Shown: piece by piece, positions 51,923 to 62,122 of the stretch | Numbering within the stretch: position 1 is the stretch's first letter | Layout: every line of letters starts with the position of its first letter | Assembly: GCA_047285305.1 (NCBI GenBank) | Contig: JBJBDL010000003.1 | Span: forward strand, 128,001 to 192,000 | Direction: 5' to 3' | DNA length: 64,000 nucleotides | Origin: Synechococcus sp. | Lineage (GTDB): Bacteria > Cyanobacteriota > Cyanobacteriia > PCC-6307 > Cyanobiaceae | Translations under genes and position numbers: made by a program | Notes under the pieces: generated by a model | Databases searched by the model: none | Told to the model about the DNA's origin: nothing | The model's input: only the letters and a program-made list of their open reading frames with translations

Positions 51923-52652
51923 TCATCTCGGTGAGCACAAGTACCGCTCCATAACTGTCACCGGTGTGCCCCCCCAGGCGTCGCCCAAGGCTCTGGGCGA
52001 CCAGGATCGCCACCACACCCCCCAGGAGAAGGGGCAAGGGCCCGACCCAACCAGCCAACACCACCACCACCAGAAGTGAGGGCAGGGCATCCCAGAGCGG
52101 CCTGCCGTGATCGCGATGAAAGGCAGCGGTTCCATCAGCGCGGAGGTAGTCAAAACGTGCCATGGCCCAGAGCGGTGCCACCCGGGCCCAGAACGCCGCA
52201 AGGTAGATCCCGAGCGGGGCCTGTCCCCCCAGCTGGATCAATGCAGCAACCTGCAGCAGCAGCACCATCACGAGAGCCAATACGCCACTGGCACCCACCC
52301 GGCTGTCCTCCATCGCCTCGAGCCGCCGCGCCACTGGCGCCCCGAGGCCATCAGCCGTGTCGATCAGGCCGTCGTGGTGCAAGCCACCACTGAGTTGGAT
52401 GCCGAGAGCCACTACGCAAAGGGCACAGGCCGCCGGAGGCCACGCGAGCCTGGATAGACCAATCCAGAGCAGCCCCTGCAGCGCACCGATCAGCAGCCCC
52501 ATCCATGGAGCGAAGCGGGCAATACGCTGAAACGTGGGCTGCGGCCAGGGCCATGCAGGCAGCACCGTGTAGAAGATCCAGGCTCCCGCCAGATCGGAAA
52601 GCCAGGGAGGAACGATCCTGGGAATGGCGCGATGGATGCAACCGGCCCTCAC
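51882..52652 (-). CDS. cobS: Adenosylcobinamide-GDP ribazoletransferase
   Basis: GGLHHDGLIDTADG, M.DSRVGA.G and GGHTGDSYGA motifs; start uncertain. Confidence 0.93.
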   Translation of the reverse strand: MRAGCIHRAIPRIVPPWLSDLAGAWIFYTVLPAWPWPQPTFQRIARFAPWMGLLIGALQGLLWIGLSRLAWPPAACALCVVALGIQLSGGLHHDGLIDTADGLGAPVARRLEAMEDSRVGASGVLALVMVLLLQVAALIQLGGQAPLGIYLAAFWARVAPLWAMARFDYLRADGTAAFHRDHGRPLWDALPSLLVVVVLAGWVGPLPLLLGGVVAILVAQSLGRRLGGHTGDSYGAVLVLTEMITLLGLALLLPAS

Positions 52653-52681
52653 CGTAGGGTCATTGCAGGGGCGGATCAGTC

Positions 52682-53800
52682 ATGTTCGGCTTCGAGATCA
52701 ACGCGCAGTGCGCCAACACATCAGCACGGTGCGGCACCTTTGAGACCCCGCATGGACCGGTGCAGACACCACGCTTCATGCCGGTGGGAACCCTGGCCAC
52801 CGTCAAGGGCATCAGCACGGAGCAACTGAGGCGCACCGAGGCCCAGATGGTGCTCTCCAACACCTACCACCTGCACTTGCAACCGGGCGAGGAGATCGTG
52901 GCGGCGGCCGGTGGCCTGCACCGGTTCATGGGCTGGAACGGCCCGATGCTCACCGACTCCGGCGGCTTTCAGGTGTTCAGCCTGGGGGACCTGAACAAGA
53001 TCGATGACCGTGGGGTGGTGTTCCGAAACCCCCGCGATGGACGCACCATCGACATGACTCCGGAACATGCCACCCAGATCCAGATGGCCCTCGGGGCGGA
53101 TGTGGCCATGGCCTTCGACCAGTGCCCGCCCTATCCGGCGACGGAGAACGACGTCATCGATGCCTGTCGCCGCACCCATGCCTGGCTCGAGCGCTGCGTC
53201 ACAGCCCACACTCGCGAGGATCAGGCGCTGTTCGGCATCGTTCAGGGCGGCTGTTTCCCCCATCTGCGACGGGAGAGTGCCCTGGCGGTCGCCTCCTTTG
53301 ATCTGCCTGGCATTGCCGTCGGTGGCGTCAGCGTTGGTGAGCCCACTGAGGAGATGCATCGCATCGTGCGGGATATCGCGCCCCTGCTTCCTTCACATAA
53401 ACCGCGTTACCTGATGGGTATCGGCACCCTGCGCGAGATGGCTATTGCCGTGGCCAACGGGATCGATCTGTTCGACTGCGTCTTGCCCACCCGACTCGGC
53501 CGTCATGGCACCGCCCTGGTGGGCGGTGAACGTTGGAACCTGCGCAATGCACGCTTCCGCCACGACCACACTCCCCTAGATCCGAGCTGCTCCTGCGTGG
53601 CCTGCACCGGTCACACCCGGGCCTACCTGCATCACCTGATTCGCAGCGAGGAGCTTCTGGGCCTCACCTTGTTGAGCATTCACAACATCACCCATCTGGT
53701 GCGTTTCACCTCGGCCATGGCACAAGCGATTCGCGACGGCTGTTTTTCAGAGGATTTCGCTCCCTGGGAGCCAGACTCGCCAGCCCATCACACGTGGTAG
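52682..53800 (+). CDS. tgt: tRNA-guanine(34) transglycosylase
   Basis: [29 protein letters not shown] and Zn site CSCVAC...H. Confidence 0.98.
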   Translation: MFGFEINAQCANTSARCGTFETPHGPVQTPRFMPVGTLATVKGISTEQLRRTEAQMVLSNTYHLHLQPGEEIVAAAGGLHRFMGWNGPMLTDSGGFQVFSLGDLNKIDDRGVVFRNPRDGRTIDMTPEHATQIQMALGADVAMAFDQCPPYPATENDVIDACRRTHAWLERCVTAHTREDQALFGIVQGGCFPHLRRESALAVASFDLPGIAVGGVSVGEPTEEMHRIVRDIAPLLPSHKPRYLMGIGTLREMAIAVANGIDLFDCVLPTRLGRHGTALVGGERWNLRNARFRHDHTPLDPSCSCVACTGHTRAYLHHLIRSEELLGLTLLSIHNITHLVRFTSAMAQAIRDGCFSEDFAPWEPDSPAHHTW

Positions 53801-53831
53801 CGTCCAGCCCAACGCCTTTTTGATGCAAGGG

Positions 53832-53975
53832 ATGGCCGCCTTCACCCTCGACCTGCTGGCACAGCTGCCCGAGGCCTATCAGGCCTTCTCTCCTCTGATC
53901 GACATTCTCCCGTTGATCCCGGTCTTCTTCCTGCTGCTGGCCTTCGTTTGGCAGGCCTCTGTGGGCTTCCGCTGA
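53832..53975 (+). CDS. psbK: Photosystem II subunit PsbK (47 aa)
   Basis: Translated by hand: [47 protein letters not shown]. Confidence 0.97.
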   Translation: MAAFTLDLLAQLPEAYQAFSPLIDILPLIPVFFLLLAFVWQASVGFR

Positions 53976-53979
53976 AGCC

Positions 53980-54720
53980 TCAGCCCAACCGGATCACCTT
54001 CAAAGCAAACGCTGGCAGCGACAACATTCGACGCCAGCGTGAAGGCTCCTGAATGAGCCGATATAGCCACTCAAGTTGCATCCGGCACATCCAACCGGGG
54101 GCACGTTTTTTTGTGCCAGCCCAGACGTCAAAACTGCCGCCGACACCCATCCACAGTCCAGGCTGCCCGGCCGCAACGCGTTGAGACCAGGTTTCCTGGC
54201 GCGGCACCCCTAGGGCCACCAGAACGAGATCAGGCTTCAACGCCTTGAGCTGAGCCTCAAGACCCGGCCAGGCTTCAAAGGATTGATAACCGTCCACCGC
54301 GAGAGCCAGGTTGAGCCCACGGATGCGCTGCGGCAAATCCGCACGCAGCGTTGCCATCACCTCAGGTGATGCGCCCACTAGCGCCACACGCCATTGATGG
54401 GCTGCGGCGTACTTCAGCAAGGTCCAGGCCAGTTCGATGCCCGCTGTTTTGACAACCCGGATCTGCTGACGGCCCAGGGCCCAGACCACTCCCGCACCAT
54501 CGGGGATCACCAGATCAGCCGTTCCGATCGCCTGCCCCAGAGCGGTATCGGCCCGGGCCGACATCGTCATCTCAGCGTTGAGTGTGACGATGCGTCCGCC
54601 GCCCCGGGCATGCAGATCGAGTGCGGCAGCACAGACATCACGGCAGGCATCCACTGGCACGCCGAGCACCTGGCAGCGGCGACGGTCATCGGGGGCGGTG
54701 CTGACAGAGTCCATAGCCAT
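53980..54720 (-). CDS. WecB/TagA/CpsF family glycosyltransferase
   Basis: VTLNAE, IPDGAGV, ALGVPRQE, GVGGSFD and LEWLYRL..EP.R motifs. Confidence 0.92.
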   Translation of the reverse strand: MAMDSVSTAPDDRRRCQVLGVPVDACRDVCAAALDLHARGGGRIVTLNAEMTMSARADTALGQAIGTADLVIPDGAGVVWALGRQQIRVVKTAGIELAWTLLKYAAAHQWRVALVGASPEVMATLRADLPQRIRGLNLALAVDGYQSFEAWPGLEAQLKALKPDLVLVALGVPRQETWSQRVAAGQPGLWMGVGGSFDVWAGTKKRAPGWMCRMQLEWLYRLIQEPSRWRRMLSLPAFALKVIRLG

Positions 54721-54750
54721 GGGGCTGCGTTGGAGAATTTACGGGCGGCA

Positions 54751-57700
54751 ATGGATGAGGGCATGGTTGTGACGACGAGGGAAAGTCTTCCGCAGAACCA
54801 CGCCACGACCCTTCAGCGTCTGGATCAATCCATCCAACGGGTGGTTCTCGATCGGCAGGACCCGATCAGCGGCCTGCTCCCCGCCAGCACCGCTCACACC
54901 ATCCATGGCAACTACGGCGATGCCTGGGTGCGGGACTGCGTCTATTCGGTGCAGTGTGTTTGGGGACTAGCCCTGGCCCACCGCCGTCAGCAGGGGCACA
55001 ACAGCCTGCGCGCCTGGGAGCTGGAGCAGCGGGTGGTGGCCCTTATGCGCGGCCTGATGCGCTCGATGATGCGGCAGGCCGAGAAGGTGGAGCGCTTTAA
55101 GCAGAGCCTCAACCCCCTCGACTCTCTTCACGCCAAATACGACAGTTGCACCGGCGAACCGGTGGTGGCTGACGACGCCTGGGGGCATCTCCAACTCGAT
55201 GCCACCGCCCTGTTTCTGCTGCAGGTGGCGCAGTTGACCAAGGGCGACTGCGCGGTGGTGCAAAGCCGTGACGAAGTGGATTTTCTCCAAAACCTGGTGC
55301 ACTACATCGCCAGGGCCTACCGCACTCCCGACTACGGGATCTGGGAACGGGGCGACAAAGGCAACCATGGTTTACCGGAGCGCAATGCCAGCTCAATCGG
55401 CATGGCCAAAGCCGCCCTGGAAGCACTCGATGGGCTTGACCTCTACGGCCCCCATGGCGACGGCAGCTGCGTCCTGCTGATTCCCCAGGGGGCCATCGTG
55501 CGCCTCCGTCGCGCCTTGCAAGGGCTCCTGCCGCGGGAATCCGCCAGCAAGGAAGCCGACAGTGCCTGCCTCTCAGTAATTGGTTATCCCGCCTGGGCCG
55601 TAGAAGATGCCGCCCTGGTGGAGCGCACCGGCCGGCGGATTCGACGGGAACTCGGCGGAACTTATGGCTACAAACGCTTCCTCCGGGATGGTCACCAGAC
55701 GGCGGTGGAAGACGTCAACCGCCTGCACTACGAACCAGAGGAGCTCGCCGCCTTTGAAGGAATCGAATCGGAGTGGCCGTTATTTCTGGCCTTCGAACTG
55801 GTTACCGCATGCTGCGAAAGACGCTGGGAGGAGGCCCGGAGCCTGCACAGCCAGCTCAAGACCCTGGCCGTCGAACAGGACGGCGAACGTCTCTACCCCG
55901 AGCTCTATCAGGTCCCGGCCAGTGCCGTCGATCAGGAACGGCTCAATCCAGGCAGCCAAGAGCGAGTGGCCAACACAAACCTGCCGCTGATCTGGACCCA
56001 GAGCATGGTGTGGCTCGGGGAAATGCTGCTGGACGATCTGATCCGTCCCGAGGACATTGACCCCTGTGGACGCAGGGAGCCGCAATCGCTCGGTGCCGAC
56101 ACTGTTCTTGTGGCGATGGCTGCGGAGACAGACAACGTGCGCCAGGCGCTGCTGGCTGCAGAGGTGCCGATCGACCCAACCTCAGTGATTTCCGTGCAGT
56201 CGTCCGACGAGCTGAAGCAACGGTTGAAAGCCGCCGGCACCAATCCGCGGCTTGAGCTCACTGGGCGCCCCGGGCACCGGGTGGAAACCGAGGACACGGC
56301 TCGGGTCTACCGCCAAGACGGCGCCATCAGTGTGTTCACCCCGTCTGTGCTGGAAGACATCAGCAGCTATTTGGCCGATGACCCGGAGGAGCTAGTGGAG
56401 ACCGTTGTGGACGAGCTGCATCTGCTGCAACGGCACTGGCGCGGCATGGGACGTCCCCTTCTGGTGATCCCCATTCGCGACGCAGCCCTCCAGCAGCACC
56501 GCAACGTCATCCTCAAACTGGCCCAGCAACTCGGCAGCGGCGTCATTGAAAGCATCCCCGTCCGCTTGGGCTGCCTCAGTGAACTGGTGGATCAGGCGCA
56601 GGAGGTGCAGCTGCCGCCGCTCCAACAGAAACCGGTTCCATGCTCCGAGCCAGCCAAACCGCTTCTGCGCGACGCCACCGATCTTCGGGATCTGACCGCT
56701 GCAGAGGAGCAGGAGCTGGATGACACACCGATTGAACAATTGAGCCAGCGCCTCTGGAACAGTGCGCTGCTGCATGAACAGGCGGAAGTGCTCGAGTTGC
56801 TGCAACGGCGTCTTGGTCCCCAGGGGATTCAACGCTGCCCTGAGGGCCATCCAGTGGCCCTGCGCACCCTGCTTGAGGAGGTCTATCAACGGGGCTTGCG
56901 TTGTGAAGACTGGAATGTGGTGCGGCGCTGTGCTGGCGCCATGGGGATGGTGCATCCCCAACTCGAAGATGCCCTCACCGATCTTCTCGTGCGCCAGAAA
57001 CAGGTGGTGGTGGGGCGCAACTACACCGGCGACTCCCGGCTGCGTCAGCCGATGGACAGTGCCGCCATCGCCGAGCGGATTGAAACCACCAGCGGAATCG
57101 ACGGCCGTGAACGGATGCTCGAACAGGAACTCCTGCTCGCCCTCGACAGCGTGGCGCGGCGGGAGCCAGCGCTGCTGAAGGGGAGCCTCACCCTGCAGCT
57201 GGGGCAGCTGATGCTGCTGCTGACATCAGAGCTGGCCGTGGAGAAAACACTCAGTCAGGACGAAGCCTTTGAAGCCCTCTGCAGCGAAGCACCCCACGCG
57301 ATTCGCAAGCGCTTGCGCGCCGTGCTCGCCGATGTGGACCATGCCAGAGCAGCCCTGCAACGCGGCGAACAGCTGCACGTGAGCGGCCGGGTGCAGTGGT
57401 CAGTGCCTGACCCGTTGGAGGAAACACCGGGGGGTGGGGGCTGGCTTCAACACCGCATCAGACTGGGATCCTTCCAGAAAGTTCCCCGCGATTTCTATGC
57501 CGGGATCTGGTCGCTGCTGCAGCACTGCCGCGGCCTGGTGATTGGCGACAAGCTGGAACGACGCAATCGCCTCCAAAGCAGTCTCATTCTCGAGAAAACA
57601 CCGGGGGAGCGCAATTTCGCCGCCCAGGTCGACCATTTGCTCAGTCGGATCAAGGCACCTGAATACCGACAACTCTGCAGCGAATGCCTGCTTTCGCTGA

Positions 57701-57939
57701 TGGCTTTTGTCGAAGCCAATCCAGAGGTGCGCTTCGAGGATGACCTGGCCCTCGACGTGGTGATCGGTCATGCCGTCAGGGTCGGCTGGCAACAGAGCCA
57801 TCCCTCTCTTCGTCCAGAGAACTACCCGCAATACAAGGCCCAGGCCTGGGGGCAGTTTTATCGGTCCTCACCCGGTGACTGCCGACGCTGGCAGGTCACG
57901 GCATTGAGGGAACTGGCCGAACAACAGGGGCTGGTTTAA
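54751..57939 (+). CDS. GH15-like protein related to phosphorylase kinase alpha/beta subunits
   Basis: Q.P..GLLPAS, AWVRD, SLHAKY, WGHLQ.DA, DYGIWERGDK, YG.KRFLRDG.QT and E.EWPLF motifs; start at 54751 or 54763. Confidence 0.85.
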   Translation: MDEGMVVTTRESLPQNHATTLQRLDQSIQRVVLDRQDPISGLLPASTAHTIHGNYGDAWVRDCVYSVQCVWGLALAHRRQQGHNSLRAWELEQRVVALMRGLMRSMMRQAEKVERFKQSLNPLDSLHAKYDSCTGEPVVADDAWGHLQLDATALFLLQVAQLTKGDCAVVQSRDEVDFLQNLVHYIARAYRTPDYGIWERGDKGNHGLPERNASSIGMAKAALEALDGLDLYGPHGDGSCVLLIPQGAIVRLRRALQGLLPRESASKEADSACLSVIGYPAWAVEDAALVERTGRRIRRELGGTYGYKRFLRDGHQTAVEDVNRLHYEPEELAAFEGIESEWPLFLAFELVTACCERRWEEARSLHSQLKTLAVEQDGERLYPELYQVPASAVDQERLNPGSQERVANTNLPLIWTQSMVWLGEMLLDDLIRPEDIDPCGRREPQSLGADTVLVAMAAETDNVRQALLAAEVPIDPTSVISVQSSDELKQRLKAAGTNPRLELTGRPGHRVETEDTARVYRQDGAISVFTPSVLEDISSYLADDPEELVETVVDELHLLQRHWRGMGRPLLVIPIRDAALQQHRNVILKLAQQLGSGVIESIPVRLGCLSELVDQAQEVQLPPLQQKPVPCSEPAKPLLRDATDLRDLTAAEEQELDDTPIEQLSQRLWNSALLHEQAEVLELLQRRLGPQGIQRCPEGHPVALRTLLEEVYQRGLRCEDWNVVRRCAGAMGMVHPQLEDALTDLLVRQKQVVVGRNYTGDSRLRQPMDSAAIAERIETTSGIDGRERMLEQELLLALDSVARREPALLKGSLTLQLGQLMLLLTSELAVEKTLSQDEAFEALCSEAPHAIRKRLRAVLADVDHARAALQRGEQLHVSGRVQWSVPDPLEETPGGGGWLQHRIRLGSFQKVPRDFYAGIWSLLQHCRGLVIGDKLERRNRLQSSLILEKTPGERNFAAQVDHLLSRIKAPEYRQLCSECLLSLMAFVEANPEVRFEDDLALDVVIGHAVRVGWQQSHPSLRPENYPQYKAQAWGQFYRSSPGDCRRWQVTALRELAEQQGLV

Positions 57940-57954
57940 TCCCAGTGAAAGCCC

Positions 57955-58962
57955 TCAGATCGGTGCGCACAGGGGCGCTCCCGTATCCGGGTGTTCAACG
58001 GCCTGCTCGATCAGATCTGCCAACTTGAGAGCCCGCGAGGCCTGAAGACCATCCACCGCAGGGGTCTCCCGGCCGCGCACACACTGCAAAAAGTGCTCGA
58101 GCTCGGCATAGAGCGGTTCGATCGAGGTGGTGCTCACCTCCTCGATGAAGCCGTCATTCCGATACAGCAGCTCGCCATGATCAGCGGAATACCACTCATG
58201 GGCCCGGCGATGAATATGCAGGGTGTGGTTGAGGAAGTCCGTCTCCACCAGGCTCGAAAGGCAATGGGCACTGAGGCTGCGGATTTTTCGGTGGCTCATC
58301 TTGCTCGCCGTCAGGCTGGCCACAACACCGTTCTCGAAACCCAACGTGGCATTGACGTAATCGATCGGACCTTCGGCACTGCGACCACCGGCAGCGGCAA
58401 GACGCACCACCGGTGCCTTCGCCAGCTCCAGCACGAGGTCGATGTCATGGATCATCAGATCCAGCACCACAGAGACGTCATTAGCCCGATCGGAGTGAGG
58501 GCTGTGGCGACGCGCTTCAAGAACCACCACCTCCTCGTTGGCCACCACTTTGGTGAGCTCACGGAAGGCAGGGTTGAAACGCTCGATGTGGCCCACCTGC
58601 AGCAGACACCCCGCGGCTGAAGCAGCCTCGATCAGTGCAGTGGCCTCGTCCTGGCTGGCCGCAATCGGCTTTTCAATCAGAACGTGCACACCCGCACGCA
58701 GGCAGGCCAGACCGACGGGATGATGTAACAGCGTGGGGACCGCGATGCAGACGGCCTCCACCTCCGAGAGCATGGCGTTGTAGTCGGCGAACCAGCGGCA
58801 GCCGAATTGCTCGGTGGCGAGCTTGCCGCGCTCAGCATCCGGATCCGAGACTCCCACCAGATCGGCATCCCGCAGAAGGCTTAGCACCCGCGCGTGGTGC
58901 CAGCCCATGTTGCCGATGCCGATTACCCCGACCTTGACTGGGACCATGGGGTCGGGAGACAT
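57955..58962 (-). CDS. Gfo/Idh/MocA family oxidoreductase
   Basis: GVIGIGNMG, HVLIEKP, GHIERFNP and DLMIHD motifs. Confidence 0.92.
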   Translation of the reverse strand: MSPDPMVPVKVGVIGIGNMGWHHARVLSLLRDADLVGVSDPDAERGKLATEQFGCRWFADYNAMLSEVEAVCIAVPTLLHHPVGLACLRAGVHVLIEKPIAASQDEATALIEAASAAGCLLQVGHIERFNPAFRELTKVVANEEVVVLEARRHSPHSDRANDVSVVLDLMIHDIDLVLELAKAPVVRLAAAGGRSAEGPIDYVNATLGFENGVVASLTASKMSHRKIRSLSAHCLSSLVETDFLNHTLHIHRRAHEWYSADHGELLYRNDGFIEEVSTTSIEPLYAELEHFLQCVRGRETPAVDGLQASRALKLADLIEQAVEHPDTGAPLCAPI

Positions 58963-58999
58963 CAGCGCAGGCGGTCTATTGGGGGAAGATTATCGGCCT

Positions 59000-60283
59000 T
59001 CAGTCGGAATCTTCCTCTGAGCTGGGGAGAACAAGCCGGACCCGCTCGATCCGCGGCCCTGCCATGGCTGTGATCTCGAACTGCAGGCCGTTGAAATGAA
59101 GCCCTTCCCCGGCGGACGGAATGTGCTGGAGCCGCTCCAGCAGGAAGCCCGCCAGGGTGTGATGGTCATCGGCCTCGGGCAGATCGAGATCGAGCTGTCG
59201 ATTGAGCTCGAAAATCTCCAGATCTCCTGCCACCAGCCAGGCACCGGGGCAGTCCTTCTCTTCGAGCAGATCCGGTTCATCGGTCTCGGCGGGATCCTCA
59301 TCACCAACGATTTCTCCGGTGAGGTCAGCTGCAGTCACCAGCCCCTCGGTGCCGCCGTGCTCATCCACCACCAGCAGTAGCGGCTGACCGCTGCGGATCA
59401 TCGGCAGCAGTTCGGCAAGCGTGCAGGTCTCCAGCACGGGCACCGCAGGCTGGAGATACGGCTCGAGCAACGAATCGGCCTGGAGCTCACCCCGTGCGAT
59501 CGGTTCGGCCATCTGACGCAGATCCAGCACGCCGCGCACGTCATCCAACGACTGGCCGATCACCGGAAAGCGGGCATGACGGGTGTGGTGCACAGCCTCC
59601 ATCATTTCCGCAAAACGGACCGTGGCCGGCAGCGTGACCATCCCAGAGCGCGGCACCATCACCTCCCGCACCTGGGTGTCCCGCAGGGCGAAGACACCTT
59701 CCAGGATGTTCTTCTCATCCGGGAACAACCCCGTGACCCGTCCAGATTCCACAAGGGTTTCCAGCTCACCAGCTGAAAGGGCTGGCACCAGCACATCCCA
59801 TTGGGGAGCCAGGCCAAGCAGGCGCATCAATAGGCCCGCCAGCGCCTCAAGCAGGTTGAGCAGTGGCGCCAGGCAGCGCATTACCACCTCCAACAGAGGC
59901 ACCAGGCGAAGCGCCGAGGATTCCGGACGGTTCAACACCCAGGCCTTGGGCAACAAACCAGCCACCAGCGTGGCCAGCAGCACGATGCTGAGGAACAAGG
60001 CTGTGTCGCGCCAAGCGACACCCACAGACCCATCCGACCAGAGCCGCCCCCCCAGACCACGGCCAGCCCAGCCAAGGGCCACCAGAGCCAGGGTTGCACC
60101 CAATTGAGACACCAGCAGAGCGCGTCGCAGGCGTCGCTGAAGACGCTGGATGGAACGGGCCCCGGCTTGCTCTTCCTCGACGAGCACTTCAACGCGACTG
60201 GGTCGTAGCCGCAGCAGGGCCACCTCTGCAGCCGCGAAGAAGGCCGGCAGAACCAGCAGAACAGCCAGCAGAAGAAGCCGCAT
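59000..60283 (-). CDS. HlyC/CorC (CNNM + CBS) family transporter
   Basis: FF.AAE.A, EVMVPR, VVDEHGGTEGLVT..D and TLAGF motifs. Confidence 0.9.
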   Translation of the reverse strand: MRLLLLAVLLVLPAFFAAAEVALLRLRPSRVEVLVEEEQAGARSIQRLQRRLRRALLVSQLGATLALVALGWAGRGLGGRLWSDGSVGVAWRDTALFLSIVLLATLVAGLLPKAWVLNRPESSALRLVPLLEVVMRCLAPLLNLLEALAGLLMRLLGLAPQWDVLVPALSAGELETLVESGRVTGLFPDEKNILEGVFALRDTQVREVMVPRSGMVTLPATVRFAEMMEAVHHTRHARFPVIGQSLDDVRGVLDLRQMAEPIARGELQADSLLEPYLQPAVPVLETCTLAELLPMIRSGQPLLLVVDEHGGTEGLVTAADLTGEIVGDEDPAETDEPDLLEEKDCPGAWLVAGDLEIFELNRQLDLDLPEADDHHTLAGFLLERLQHIPSAGEGLHFNGLQFEITAMAGPRIERVRLVLPSSEEDSD

Positions 60284-60296
60284 CAACAGGGGGGAA

Positions 60297-60369
60297 TGGG
60301 GGTCGCGAGGATCGAACTCGCCTTAGGCGAATTATGAGTTCGCTGCATTCACCAGATTGCTAGACCCCC
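60297..60369 (-). tRNA. tRNA with CAT anticodon (probably tRNA-Ile2, otherwise elongator Met)
   Basis: Reverse complement GGGGGTCTAGCAATCTGGTGAATGCA-GCGAA CT CAT AA TTCGC-CTAAGGCGAGTTCGATCCTCGCGACCCCCA. Fully paired acceptor stem and no GGG/CCC anticodon stem, so it is not the initiator. Confidence 0.9.
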
Positions 60370-60389
60370 ATGTGGAGAGTTTTACCTCA

Positions 60390-60726
60390 GGAGAGTCATG
60401 CCAGGGAAGGCGAATCCCATGAACCGATTCCCCTCGATGCCGCCAATAGCGATTCCTAGAAAATCAGTCAATTGATGCAGGGGGGCCACGCCCCGGGCCA
60501 TGGGCGAGTTCCAGGTGTGTAGGCGACGGTTGACCATTTCACTGGTGGTCTCCGTGGGGTGTCACACCATTACTTCGACGGGAGCTCTACCACTGCCGGG
60601 CATGGGCGCCTCAACACTGGTAGTGCAGACCAACGGACCCGCCAACACCGATGGGGCGGCGAGCAGGAGCACGCTCGAACCAAAGAACGACCGCAGCAGA
60701 ACCGGACGAATCAGCTCTAAGCGCAA
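60390..60726 (-). pseudogene. Pseudogene of a picocyanobacterial secreted protein
   Basis: TTG 60726 gives a signal peptide then AGPLVCTTSVEAP...VEVMV* (TGA 60562-60564). Reading continues HPTETTSEMVNRRLHTW...ARGV, then after a frameshift near 60485 LHQLTDFLGIAIGGIEGNRFMGFAFP, then truncation. Confidence 0.65.
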
Positions 60727-60758
60727 ACTAAGGACAACTGCGAAGCGCGGCCAGCCCT

Positions 60759-61331
60759 ATGTCTGAATCGTCGAGTGTCCCGACTGAGCGGGAGCAACTG
60801 CTGAACCGTCTGGCCACCCTGGCCTACCGACGCGGAGACTTCACCCTGGCTTCAGGCCGCAAAAGCGAGCACTACGTGAACTGCAAACCCGTGAGCCTGA
60901 GCGGTTCCGGGCTGGCGCTGATCAGCCGGGCGATGCTCACCCACGTTGAAGCCGATGCACTGGCCGTGGCTGGTCTCACCCTCGGAGCAGACCCACTGGT
61001 GAGCGGTGTTGCCATGGCCGCCGCCGATCGAGGTCGGGAGCTTGATGCGCTGATCGTGCGCAAGGAAGCCAAAGGCCACGGCACCGGTGCCTGGCTGGAG
61101 GGTCCGCTCCCCGCCCCCGGAGCACGAATCACCGTGCTGGAAGACGTTGTCACCACAGGAGGCTCCTCCCTCAAAGCGGTTCGGCAGCTGCGCGACGCCG
61201 GCTACAAGGTGGACCGGGTCGTCACCATCGTCGACAGGGAAGAAGGGGGCGACGCTGCGATGACGGCTGAAAATCTTGAACTGATCAGCCTTTACAAGCT
61301 GTCTGAAATCGCCGCCTTCACGCCGGCATGA
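60759..61331 (+). CDS. pyrE: Orotate phosphoribosyltransferase
   Basis: [22 protein letters not shown] and [11 protein letters not shown] motifs. Confidence 0.97.
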   Translation: MSESSSVPTEREQLLNRLATLAYRRGDFTLASGRKSEHYVNCKPVSLSGSGLALISRAMLTHVEADALAVAGLTLGADPLVSGVAMAAADRGRELDALIVRKEAKGHGTGAWLEGPLPAPGARITVLEDVVTTGGSSLKAVRQLRDAGYKVDRVVTIVDREEGGDAAMTAENLELISLYKLSEIAAFTPA

Positions 61332-62122
61332 GCAAGTTGTTTTGGGACGCCCAAGTACCCTGGCTGCGCTTGAACGGCAGCGGAGCACCCCAGTTTCTTC
61401 AAGGGCAGACTAGTGCTGACCTCAACGCACTCCAATCCGGCGATCTTCTTCAGACCTGCTGGCTGACCGCAACGGGACGCTTGCGGGCCGTGCTGGAACT
61501 TCGTTTTGATGCAGCTGGGGCCGATGTGATCGTTTTGGCGGGAGAGGCCTCTGCCGTTCACGCTGGATTTGATCAGGTGATCTTTCCAGCCGATCGGGTT
61601 CGCCTCCAACCCCTGGGTCAGTTGCGCCGACTGCAGTGGCTCGAGCCCATGGCTGCAGCCGTGTGGTGCGATCCGGATGTGGCCCTGCCGGAGCCCTGGG
61701 CATCAGGAGAAGCAGCCAGCTCGACGGCTCTTGAGCAATGGCGGCTTCAGAGCGGATTCCCCCCGGGACCCGGTGAACTCAATGGCGACACCAACCCCCT
61801 GGAGCTTGGGCTTGTCGCTCAGGTCAGCACAGATAAAGGCTGCTACCTCGGCCAGGAGACCATGGCCAAACTCATCGGCCAGGCAGGAGTGAAGCAACAG
61901 CTGCGCTGTTGGAGCTGCCCCAGTCCGCTGGCGGCCACCGCCAAGCTCACGCTGGATGGCGAGCGAGCCGGTGTAATTACCAGTGCTCTCGAACGCGATG
62001 GCACTTGGCTTGGGCTGGCCCTGGTGCGCCGCCAGTGCCTGGCCAGTCCAACGCTGGAAGGTCCCAATGGAGAACAGCTCCAGATCCGTAAACCTGAGGC
62101 GTTTCAGGATCCCGACGCCTGA
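61328..62122 (+). CDS. ygfZ: Folate-binding YgfZ/GcvT family protein
   Basis: FLQGQTSAD and KGCYLGQE motifs. Confidence 0.9.
   Translation: MSKLFWDAQVPWLRLNGSGAPQFLQGQTSADLNALQSGDLLQTCWLTATGRLRAVLELRFDAAGADVIVLAGEASAVHAGFDQVIFPADRVRLQPLGQLRRLQWLEPMAAAVWCDPDVALPEPWASGEAASSTALEQWRLQSGFPPGPGELNGDTNPLELGLVAQVSTDKGCYLGQETMAKLIGQAGVKQQLRCWSCPSPLAATAKLTLDGERAGVITSALERDGTWLGLALVRRQCLASPTLEGPNGEQLQIRKPEAFQDPDA

Noticed and set aside
60420..60750. tmRNA or other structured ncRNA between the tRNA and pyrE
   Set aside because: No tRNA-like ends or tag peptide were found; the minus strand is better explained as a decayed protein gene. The 60500..60766 plus-strand ORF is its antisense shadow.
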